39,854 nucleotides of DNA from Pelomyxa schiedti (lineage: Eukaryota; Protista; Evosea). Shown in pieces: positions 12,866 to 23,688 of the stretch. The first letter of the stretch is position 1. Each line of letters opens with the position of its first letter. The notes beneath the pieces were generated by a model that saw only the letters and a program-made list of their open reading frames with translations, was not told where the DNA came from and made no database searches. The DNA lies in NCBI GenBank assembly GCA_020536535.1, contig JAHLWZ010000943.1, positions 1-39,854 of the forward strand. Reading direction: 5' to 3'. The position numbers were made by a program, and so were the translations under genes.

Positions 12866-15800
12866 TCAAAACACAAGGTGAGGGAGGAATCCACCTCCTC
12901 CACCACCTCCACCTACATCAGAGCTTCCTGGGGGTGAATCGTCATCCTTGTCATTCCAGTTTATGCCCCCAAATATGTTGTTGTAGCGCATTAGGGGCCA
13001 CCGGGCATTGTTTGTTGTGGAGTGTGTATTCCTTTGCGCGTTGTTTTGTTGCTCTTGTAGGAACCGCGTGTTGTCACTGAGTACTTCTGCTCGTATAAGG
13101 GCTGGAATTTCTGTGGGAATTCATGAGGAGGAGTAGTGAGTCGGTTGAATTAATTTGGAAGAAAAAATAACCTGATGCTTGTGCTGTGATTGATTGTGAA
13201 GGATCGGAAACGTTTCGGGTGTAGAATACTATGTATGGAACATCACTGGCAAATGTCTCGCTCACACTATTAATTCGGCTGAAGGATGACTTGCTGACGT
13301 GGCTATCGTTGAAGAGGAACCAGCTACCATTTGAAGTGGTACTGTCCTCGCTGGTTTCACCTCCGGGATTATCTAAACTGTTCAGAAATCCAGGAAAAGA
13401 AGGGTGGTATACCCAAAGCAGCTACAGATGAAGGCCGTGCAAACGTGTAGTAATGCCCATGGTTTGATGAAGGTCCACTGTGCATTACAACAGCATAGGC
13501 ACTATAAGTAATACAACAAACATTTTGATGGTCATCATATACTTGTAGGTTCAAATTTCTTGCAATGTGTACCTTAAAGTGATGATGAACAGTTTTCACC
13601 TTTTGTGATATTTGGGGTGTAAACCTTATTTAGTAACTTAGTGGAAGCAGTATTTTCATATAGAAATCTGCTTATTGTGAATATAATATTATTTGGTGGT
13701 GCCCCAGCAAGAGATAGAACCTTAGTTGGTAAGTGTCAGAAGCTATAGTTGGACACTGCATACTTTTTCGGCATCAGTCAACTTGCCGCAGTTAGAGCAA
13801 AAGTATTGGTTGCTCCCGGACAGTGCCTCGGGTGCAAAGAAGGAGTCTATCAATGAGGATATATGATATGTACTGGTACCTTGCCTGGGTTTAGCAAGGA
13901 CTTATATTAATGGATCCAGTACCAGTTTGTGGGAGAGGTAAAGGAATATCGGTGAAAGATTCTACTGAACAAGATTTACTTTGACAACTTCCACACTTTA
14001 CAGTACTGCAAATCTTGCCACCAAATGATGGAAGAGGATTTTGGGGAGGGAGAATCGGTTTTGTTGAAGCACTATCATTAGTAGACTGTACTACAGAAGA
14101 ATTCCTGTTGCTAATTGCCCCATGCGAAGCGTTGATCTCCTTTTCAAGTGACTCAAATAAAAACCTTTCAAAGTAAATGTAGAATACTATTTGAAGCAAT
14201 GCAGTACTTTCCGAATTCACTTGAGTCTTGTTGCCTCCCAGATCGACACCATGACGGCAATACCTTGTAGCGTTAGGAGAAATAAGCACTGTACAAAATA
14301 GATACAGATAAAAACTCTTTTGGCGTAAATGCGTATCTCTGTGACAGCTGTAAATAGGCAAATATTCGGCCTAGTTGAACAAGGACTTTGCCTATTCCGC
14401 CACTTGGTGGTTTGGGTGTTGTTGAAGGAAATCCATTTGCTTGTGAACTTGAAAGAGTGTTGAAGATAAACGCCCGGAAGGATTCAGTCAAAAATAGGGA
14501 CTGCAGGAAACTGTTCATGTAGCACGTGTTGCCAAGATTGGACTGTGGTGTGGAGTTAAAGGTGAAGGGTATGAACAGATAGTGGTACCAAACCCACTCG
14601 CCCAGTCACTGATTTCATGGTATTGTTGCCCAAAATGTCAGTTTCACCTTTTACATTGGTCCAGGCTTTATTTTGCAGTTGCTTTAGCATTTCCGGCTCG
14701 GGTGGTGGAGCCTTTCAAAGGTGAGCCAAGATGAGATAGGGAGCAGGGCTTACAAATCTGGACATTGCCGCAAGTAAGCATTCGTACATTTCAGGGTAGC
14801 CAGTGTGTTGATAAATCTTTTTTAGAAATTATCGTGGGGTATGGGGGAGCAAGTGGCAAACCAAGGTGTACAACAACTTGCAAAATTTCCTGAGAGTTGA
14901 GTGCTTGTTAGGATCGTTTGGTGCCAGGAGTGCTGTTGGTGAAGGTGAGCGTGCTGGTGGTATACATACACCAGACGAGGGAGATGTTGAAAGTGGAGTG
15001 ATTGTGGTCGAACTTGTAACTGGAGAAGGGGATCGCATTGGCACTGATGGGGTTGGTGACAGCAGGTACTTTGAACAGATATTAGCATAGGTCCTCACCA
15101 CTTCAGCAGGCATGGCAGTGACGTCCTGTTGAGGAGAAAAGGAATTGGATTGAGATATGTAAGATGAGTACAACTTTCCATTGGGGTAGCACTGTGAAGG
15201 TAGGTTTGCAAAATAGAACCAGGGGAACTGGCCAGAAGAGTCCTTGAATCATTTGAGACTATGCCTTTAGGCTCACTTGTGCTAGCTTCAGAAAGTTCCA
15301 GCGCTTTTATTAAATCAGGAATGTAAGGTATCTGTGTGGTGTTTATTAGGATATCATTTCTGTATGTCCAGGTGAGTACCAAGGCATGAAATGCATCTGG
15401 GGAGTGCTGATAACCTTTTAAAAAGTTATTAAAAGGCCTCTTAAGGATTGCAAAAGGAGAGCGACCTATTAGCATGAAGTCCAAAACTCTTAATGCGGGA
15501 ACCCGCAGCTGGGGTACATATAGCTGTAGCATGAGAGGAAGTGTATTCCGAAGAGTGATGTGGATCAGTACTGTGTACTGTTTGCTCACAATCAACCCTC
15601 GAAGCAGTGATACAACCCATTGGGCTGATAAGCCACAAAGAAGTAAGCACCAAATAAGGAAAAGAAACTATGAACCTGTTTCAACAGTTAGGGGCCATGA
15701 CATCACTCTTGATAGGGCAAGTTCCACATCAGCTTGCTTTTAAAAGATTTTATTAGATGTTCGCTTCTTTTCTTCAAATACACACATTTATAGTGTTGGC

Positions 15801-17428
15801 AGTCATGGCAGAGGTTAAGCGTGGGGCAAAGTATGGTGGAAGATTCTGGAAAAGGGAAGCAAGGGCAGGTGATGGATTTCTGTAGGGAAGGTTATTTGTA
15901 TCCGCCTCTTCTGTCTGACTGGATGTCGTTGAAGTGTTGATTGCATCTGTTGGAGAAGCTCCTTTGGCAATGGGATCTCGTTGAGTCAGGATTCTCACAC
16001 CACTCTCAAAAGCCCACATCACCCTTTCTTCACTAACAATATAATGTGGGCACATGATTAATGTTCGATGAGAACGATACTTAAAATTGTACAAGAGGAG
16101 AACAAGCAGCTGCATTATTGACTTTGTGTGTAACATATACCTAAAAACCGTGAATTCAAAAACGATGGTGTTTGTCAACCTGTCATCAAACTCAGTTATT
16201 TGTACATTTGACGGAACTTCAATATTACTAAGCCATCTTACAAGAGTCTGTGATGAAATGAAAAAAAATGGAATCGGGATATGAGGGAAAACCTCAATTA
16301 AGGACTTTTGTGAGTGTGGAATACACTTAGGTATCCCCACTAATAACTGGCATAAACCTATCTGGGTGAAGTTGAGTCAAATTGATGAACTACAAGGCCA
16401 ATACCTGGGCATCAGGTATTTTGTCAGACTTGACAAAAAGAAGTGTTGTGACGCTTCTTAAGTGGTTCACCTCTTCAACAACAATTCCTCCAGCAACATC
16501 TGCGACAAATAAGGTTCAAGTAACAAGGAATGTCAAAAACCAGTTTTCAAATTGAGAAGAAATAGGATTCTTTGCAGTGCAATGTGCAAATTCTACGAAA
16601 ATATGATGAGCAGAGGGGGGAGAGGGGAGTGGTATACTCACAACTGGCGGAATGTGGGAAAGTTGGTGAATAACAGTGATCAACACCCTTGTTACAACCG
16701 TGACAAAGATGTCCGGAAAATATCTAGAAAAACACTCAGCTATTTGGCAGCCGTATACACCAGAGTTTTTGTCTGCTGTACTATTTGTTGTTACAGTTGG
16801 GAGAGGAACTGGAGATGGAGGTGGGGTGTTCTCCATGGATGGTGGCTCTATGCCTGGAGGTGGTGTTGTTGATTTTATTGGTAATTGAGACTGGCCAGAA
16901 TATTGTTCAACTTGAGGTGTTGTAGTGGTACTCATTGGAATGGTTTTTGTGATATTCACATTGGATGACGAGTTCGATTGAGCTGTTTGGTCAGCACTCT
17001 GTCAATGCATTGCAGTTAGTGAAGTTTGCCATCCCCAACAGGATTTAGAGAAAAATTAGATTCTTGTGAGGAGGGTATGAGTGCACTACAGGGGCATCAT
17101 TCAAATGAGCGAACAGCCATTCAATAACACAAGATAGGAATGTTTCAATTTCTTTCGCCACAGGTGGTTGCTGAGGTCTACCCTGAGACTGAGCCTGCGG
17201 TTGGTTTTGCAGTTGCGCGGATGATGTCTGCGTTTGCAATTGCTCTTGTTGTTGTTGCTGCTGGATTTCGAGTTGGTTGTTCTCTTGATCTTGTTGTTGC
17301 TGGAGCAACTGCGCCCGCAACTTGTCGCAGAAGGTGGGCAACTGCGGGACCAACTTGGACAGCAGCACCGACTTCGCCGCGGCGGTGTGTTGCTTGGAAG
17401 TGATGGTCGCGTGCAATATGCGGATCAT
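12866..17428 (-). CDS. USP38: Ubiquitin C-terminal hydrolase, USP38/USP35 type
   Basis: Cys box GRVGLSNLGNTCYMNSFLQSLF; His box VVMHSGPSSNHGHYYTFAR; WFLFNDSHVS. N-terminus MIRILHATITSKQH.. and C-terminus DDDSPPGSS.GGGGGGGGF..LVF* both resemble USP38. Confidence 0.9.
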
Positions 17429-17619
17429 GGGTGAGGGGTTTGTCTGGCGTGAAAATTAATTTTCCTCTTCGTCGATGTTTTGGTGCAATGATATGATGGA
17501 GATTCAAGGAAGTGTAAGGGAAACAAAGTATGTATTTGTTGGGCCAATTACCAACGCAGGACCACTTTTGGTTTGAACTGCGAGGTTGGTCCAGGTTCCT
17601 GCTAGTTACGATCATGCCA

Positions 17620-18849
17620 TCAAGGGTGCCATAGAGTTGAAGATCGAGGGGAAACAGTTGAGACAGGCCTGTAAAATTTGAAAGTGACAACCTGTGTGCC
17701 AGAGCACTGTTCAGCGACATGCATTTCTGTCTTGGAGTAATTCATTTGGAACAATAATCCTCCTGAAACGAAGCCTTGATCACATGCACCAGGGAGGCAT
17801 CTTTCTTGCTTGATTGGCCTCGCTGTCCTATTGATATCCCACACATCATATTGGTAGTTCTCAAACCCAAAAACGCAGAACTGGGATTGGTTCAGAGGTG
17901 ATATACAGTAGCCGCCATCTGCTGCCAAATACCTTTGAGCAATTTGTTGCAGGTGCCCAGTTCCCTCCTCAATCGTAACGATGGTGGCAGTGTGGGGAGA
18001 CCCAACATGTTTTACCATAACAAATGACCGAGCACCACTCTGTCTCGTCATCACGAGGTACTGTTGGAATATAAAGAAACTACAATCAATCAGGCCCAGC
18101 TCCCAAAATCTGGGTTTAGTTGTACTCAACACCACCAATTTTTTTGCTGAATGTGTTTGCACAAGGTCCACAAGTACCAGCTTGAAAGATGGGTGAGGTA
18201 ACCAAAAGAAACAAAGCAGGATGCGGTCTTCACAATAATCATGCCACTGAGGGTCACAACCGCAATGAAATTCCAGTGGAACAATAGTTGGCCTCGTGAA
18301 TATTGGGGATCCCGTTGGCCCTCGCCTCTCTGGTACCTCAAAAACAACAAGCTCGTATGAGGACATGTCATGGCACACCAACCATTTCCCATTGGAGCAA
18401 TAGTGTCCACGGGGCCTCTTTTTATCAGGCAGTGGTGTCCTCCTTCCAGTCACCGTGTCCTGCACACAGCAGCTGTCACCACCTATATTTTTGAACACCA
18501 AGTAGTGCTGGTTCCAAGCCAACAGGTCCCGAGACTTTCCCTCCGCCCACCACTTCATATCATGTGTCAAAGTCAGCAGCAGAGGAGAGACACCAAAAGC
18601 AATCCCCACAGTAATCTGCCCCCTGCGCCTAGGTGCCTCCAAGGATAGCGCAACATAAAACAGCCTAGAAGTCTCCAGCAGCCACTCCCACAATACCCTC
18701 ACCACCAACATTCCATCGAACCCGCAGCAGCCCCAGGGGGCCGCAGTTGCACCCACCGATGACGTCATGGGCGCCGATGACGACAACGAGCAACTGAGGC
18801 CGCAGCGAGGGTGCGTGCCCATTGCGAGAGCCAGAACCTGGTCGCCCAT
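17620..18849 (-). CDS. Intronless hypothetical protein of a lineage-expanded family (N-terminal 'QVLALAMGTHPRCG' motif, beta-strand-rich C-terminus); true start may lie further upstream
   Basis: Uninterrupted ORF of over 400 codons. Motifs GVSPLL, CSNGKWLV, LVLVDLVQT.....LVVLSTT and YDVWDIN resemble a large archamoebal hypothetical family as I recall it (not database-verified). Confidence 0.75.
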   Translation of the reverse strand: MGDQVLALAMGTHPRCGLSCSLSSSAPMTSSVGATAAPWGCCGFDGMLVVRVLWEWLLETSRLFYVALSLEAPRRRGQITVGIAFGVSPLLLTLTHDMKWWAEGKSRDLLAWNQHYLVFKNIGGDSCCVQDTVTGRRTPLPDKKRPRGHYCSNGKWLVCHDMSSYELVVFEVPERRGPTGSPIFTRPTIVPLEFHCGCDPQWHDYCEDRILLCFFWLPHPSFKLVLVDLVQTHSAKKLVVLSTTKPRFWELGLIDCSFFIFQQYLVMTRQSGARSFVMVKHVGSPHTATIVTIEEGTGHLQQIAQRYLAADGGYCISPLNQSQFCVFGFENYQYDVWDINRTARPIKQERCLPGACDQGFVSGGLLFQMNYSKTEMHVAEQCSGTQVVTFKFYRPVSTVSPRSSTLWHP

Positions 18850-19243
18850 CGTGACGCAGCCGTTGGTCGTCGTGGTGCTGGAGACTTGCGTGGTCGTCGC
18901 CGCCCTCCCTATCCTCGTAGTGTGCGTGGAGGACGACGTTGCTGTAAATGCCACGTTGGCCAGTCTCTTCGGCTTTGTGTTGTCGTGGATGTCTTGCACA
19001 TTGCTCCCAATTGAAGGGGGCACAGCGAAGCTCGGTACCGAGAAAGACACCCCACGTAGTTCAGGCTCCCAGCCCGACCACATTAATATTTGACCTGGAC
19101 AAGGTCTTTTTCGCAGAACAACAATCACCCATAATTCCCGCCATGGGAGAACTTCCGCCTTTAAGAGACTCAAGAAAAAGGAAATCCTTCGGAGCCTGGG
19201 TAAAAAATCGAGAAGTATACCACTTTTTTTTTTCCCCCTCCCC

Positions 19244-20539
19244 ATGTACGCACCCGAATGTCACTCTTGTGCCGTGGTATCATCATCCACAGCAGTTGCA
19301 GCCGCCGACGTTGCATCAGCAACAGAAACACGTTGCGGCACCTCCACGGGTGTTGTTGTTCTCGTGGCGACCGAGAAGCCCTTCTCTCCCACAGCGGTGC
19401 AGGCGATGCTCGACGTCGGGCGCGCGGCGGGATACACCGTGAATCTCCTTGAAAACTACACAAACAGGACGAGCTACGACGCGCTGCAGCCGACGCGGAC
19501 GCGATCATCGTTCGCAGCGACAAAGGCACTACTGCACTTATTAAAGCGATAGCTAGCATATATTTATACTGGAAATATCTTAATAGTGGGCCAATTGTTT
19601 TTGATATTTGGGAAATGGGAAAAAGGGTTAATGTTTTGTTAATGGAAGTATCATAGTTACTGCTCCACTTATACGTGATGCTCATAGGCTTAAACTGGTT
19701 GTTAGAGCTGGAACGGGAGTGGAGACAATTGATATCAAAGCGTGTACAGCGGCTGGTATTGTTGTGATGAATACACCAGGGCAAAATTCAACTGCCGTGG
19801 CCGAGCTTTGCTTTGGACAGATGTTGACTCTTGCAAGAGGTTGGTGGATGGTGTGTATACTAAGCCCTCTGTGAAGATAACTCACAAAAGATAAGGGGAA
19901 CCCAGGGACTGAATTACGTGGGAAAACTATTGGTCTTATTAAATACGGGTATATTGCCAAGAGAATGCGTGCTATTGCACGTGGCTTTGGAATGACTGTG
20001 ATGGCCTATGACCCATATATTGACCACACAGTTCTTGTGGAGGATGGGGTTATTTGTGCTGAATCGATGGAGCAGCTCTTTTCCCTGTGTGATTATGTTT
20101 CAATTCACACACCTCATACACGGGTAACATTTTCTCTACTGTCTATGATGAAGTTCGGAGCAACATTAGTAAATTCAACACGCCACGAAGGTACTTTTTT
20201 TAGATGGTCTTTTTACCAACATATAATTTCTTACTTCCTGCTATAGCTGTGGATCAGGATGCTGTGACTAGAATGCTTGAAATCCGGCCTGACTTCAAAT
20301 TTGCCGCAGACGTTCCTCCCGGGAATTTTCGTTACCTTGAGCAGCACTACAACCAGAGGGTGTGTTTTTCAGCAATCAAAATGGGTGCCCAGGTTTGTCT
20401 TGAACAACTCACTATCTTCCAATAAACCTGACAAATGGAACAGACAGAGGAGGCTAATTTTGCTTGTGGTGTTGCCGCCCTGACCCAGGTTGTAAATTTC
20501 TTTATGAAGAACGACAGGTGCCACCAAATGTTTGAGTGA
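19244..20539 (+). CDS. PHGDH: D-3-phosphoglycerate dehydrogenase, short Entamoeba/Bacteroidetes type (IIIK); frameshifted near 19462 and motif-degenerate (possible pseudogene)
   Basis: VLVATEKPFSPTAV, DADAIIVRSDK, LKLVVRAG, VVMNTPGQNSTAVAEL, GTELRGKTIG, AYDPY and IKMGAQTEEAN. One base is missing between ENYT and QDEL. Confidence 0.88.
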
Positions 20540-20938
20540 GCTGCATGACATAACACCTCCTAGTCACTCGATATGGTCACTGTCCAGTTCATCTAGCTTT
20601 TCGCTGGAGGTTCAGCAAGCACTAAATCTCTTATTAATAGCGGCAACCAAAACACCAGCTAAAGATATTATCCTTTTATTAAACATCCAGTTAGATTGTT
20701 GCTGGGTCTGGGTTTGGTGGCTACAACCCTCTTAAGAACAGCTGACTAAAAACCCAGCTTGGTTCAGCTGGGTTGCGCGGTCGGTAATAAGAACACTCAA
20801 AAGAAATTGAGCAAGGGAACATCACCAAGTCCAGGAAAATTGCATCGAAAGAGACAAAACAAATTAATTGCAAAGTCGCATCGTACCACGCACACCCCAC
20901 TCCACATTTTTTTCTCAATGATTATTAGTTTTCCCACA

Positions 20939-23462
20939 ATGGCGGACGAAGAGACGCACGCGCGCGGCGGCAGCACCGTGCCCCCTCCTTCTTCCAATTC
21001 GACGACGGCAGTGGCCCCCGTTTCTGAGGGTAGCTTGGTGATGACTCTGTGTGACCTCTTGGGTGAGGACGAGGTGACCCAGAGCAGGCTGGTATTGCTG
21101 TGGAGTGCAATAACATCCTCGCCTCAATTGATGAGCTCAGCCGCGAGGTGCAAATCAGTGTCCCACGTACGGCTGCTCGTGCGCCTCGCCGAGTATCAAA
21201 AAAAGATGGATTTGAGAAAGCTGCTGGACGATGATACTGGAATCACGGAACAAGAAAGAACGCAGCTCCACAATTTCATCGACGAGATGCAAGAGCAACA
21301 AAATGGTGTTGTGTTATTGGAGCGAATGTATAACTTACAGTCCATAAAAAGAGAGTTCTCCAACCACCAACAGCTTCTTGTGAAAACAACTGGTAACCCC
21401 CCCTTTTTTTTTTCTTTAGACTTTGAAACTCCTTGTAATACGAATGGCAGTCACCACGTCTGTCACAGCACAAGAGAGCAGAGACAAACTATTTTCCGAT
21501 CTTGTGAATAACCTGCTCAGTGTATCGGAACCAACTGCAGATAAATTAGCTGATATTGTTGAGAATGGGTCCCCTGCATCAAAGTGGTTGGATTCTCTTT
21601 GCTCCATTCTGGATGAAAGCTTTCCTGTTCCCATACCAGTTTCACAAGAATCGTACGACATCGTTTGTGCTCAGCTGGCTCCCGCTTTTCCCTCGTGGTG
21701 CAGACAAGAGAGTGGAGTTATTGCCCAGTGTTTGGGCCCCAAGGTCGTGACTCCCTTTATCCAGATACAAGATTTATCCAGAGAGCAGGGGGTTGCAAGG
21801 TTGGTCCCTTTCCCCCTTTTTTTTGCTCTGTGTTTCTAATTTTTACGGTGTTTCAGTGAATTAAGCCTCAAAGGGGAGAAATTAAAGCCGGAGGCAGAAG
21901 GCAAAGTAGAGGTTATGTTCAACTGTGCCATCACGTTCATTTGGGACCAATTTCAGAGATACTTTAATAAACCAAACTCCGCATTCCAGGTGATAAGGTA
22001 ACAACGTGAATGATTCATCCAGAGCAAGGATTAAGGTCAGCAGCACAGGCACCAAACAGGGTGAAACAAAGCCAAGAGTACACTCTACAGAAAGTTCCCC
22101 AGGCAACCTTCCAGGCAGACTCTCATCACCTCCTGCTTCAACTGGTGTAGACATGAAGTCTCCATCTTGTGCAATCAATTCTGGACGGGGGAGTAGAAGA
22201 TCCACTTCAGCAAAGTTTTCACCCCTGGGTTCTGCATTCCCTGATATATTCATTTGTGCAAAGCAAGTGAACGTCATTTCAGGTGAAGTGAGTCTCTTTT
22301 TTTAATGTTTTCTTCTCACCAAGTGACAAAACAACAAAAGTGGAGCTCAAATCAAACCGAGACGAAGCGCTTTCTGACCTGACAAGAAAGTCCACGTTCC
22401 CACAAGCCTTCAGAAAGTTGTGGTTCCATTTTGGCATCGCCGCAAACTGTGATGAAGTTCAGTTTGTGGTTCTGGTCAACACAAAGAGTGAAGCAAAGGT
22501 TTGGCTTGGGCAGCATAAAGAAATTTACCGGCTGGGCCCACCACTCCGATACACTGTCGCTTATGTATGTTTCCCTCCACTCCGCCACAAACAAATTAAA
22601 TACAAAAAAGGATGTTGAGAAAATGATCATAAGAGGAATCAATCTACTTCGAATTGCCTTAGCCCTGTCGGAGAAGTATTGTTTTACTCAGTCAAAGCTA
22701 CCGAGACGAAGTGCGGTGATATCCATTGTACCTTCCGAGGGTGGTGCTGTCAATGTTTGGAAATACACAACCTATTCAACTGAGCGCCGTCATCAAATTC
22801 TGGTGAAGATGTATTCCTCACTCGCCTCCCACACAAACAAGCACCTCGTCCGTATCCGGCACATCGAACTAGCACTTGAAACGCCACACAATGGAACAAT
22901 AAGGTGCCTCATGAATCCGTGCTGGGAAGACACACCCACAACACCCGCGGACCTCAAAGAAGCAATCAGAGCTGTTCTCTCTGCTTTGACAACTCTACAC
23001 GGTTCCTCTGTATACCATAGTGATATTCGCTGGCCTAATATCATGCGCTCGTGTGATGGAGGCCACTGGGTGCTTGTTGATCTTGAGTGCGCCGAGATCG
23101 AGGTTGGGCAATCACTTGCATGGCTCACCTTGCACCCACCAGAATGCCTCAGTGGACCCAAGGCTGATATGTGGTATGTCGGCAAATTAATGTTACAAAT
23201 GGAGAAGCTTTTACCCCCGGAGGGCTGTGAACTTGCCAACAAACTTGCCAGCGACAATCCTGAACACAGACCAACAATTGAGGAAGCTTTAAGCAACCCA
23301 TATTTCATGGCTGAATTGCAACCAAGCCGACAATACATTGACGAAGAACCCCATGCACATACAAAGAGACCTCTCAACGATACAGATGAAACCACCAGAA
23401 CAACCAAGTACAAGAAGCCTAGAACAACAACGAGCACACCCAAGCCAAAGAATGACTCCTAA
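20939..23462 (+). CDS. Crinkler/RHS-type effector-like protein: helical N-terminal header + PD-(D/E)xK nuclease-like domain + atypical protein kinase
   Basis: FPDIFI...ISGELK...ALSDLTRK...FHFGIAAN is followed by IRAVLSALTTLH, YHSDIRWPNIM, WVLVDLECA, KADMWYVGKLM and PEHRPTIEEALSNPYF; five GT-AG introns. Confidence 0.75.
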
Positions 23463-23688
23463 AGCCCAAAAAAAAAAAGTTCCTCCGAAAATCTGTTGCC
23501 ATGAAAGAACAAGGATAGGTTTTTCCCTTTACACCCGTGTTCATCAAAATGAGAAAAACATGAATGGGACAGCGTACAGTGCAGATGGGAAGGTGGAGTG
23601 TTTTGGTTTCTTGGAGGACGTGCTTGAACAAACTGTTACATTTTCAAGGAAATCGACGAGAAAACCTCTTCGGTTTTTTTTTGTTCCG

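Noticed and set aside
18850-19245. N-terminal extension of the 541-aa ORF
   Set aside because: It starts at a non-ATG codon and runs through the T-rich bidirectional promoter into the PGDH start. The recognisable family motif begins near 18849, although a somewhat earlier start is possible.
21985-22040. Apparent stop/frameshift in the effector gene
   Set aside because: It is resolved by a normal-sized 46-nt GT-AG intron (gtgataag...attaag) that joins FQ to VSSTG in frame.
23338-23688. Upstream part of the 205-aa ORF as an eEF2 N-terminal extension or effector-eEF2 fusion
   Set aside because: eEF2 homology starts at the ATG at 23689, and the upstream part overlaps the kinase gene end and A/T-rich intergenic DNA. 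No evidence supports a fusion without transcript data.
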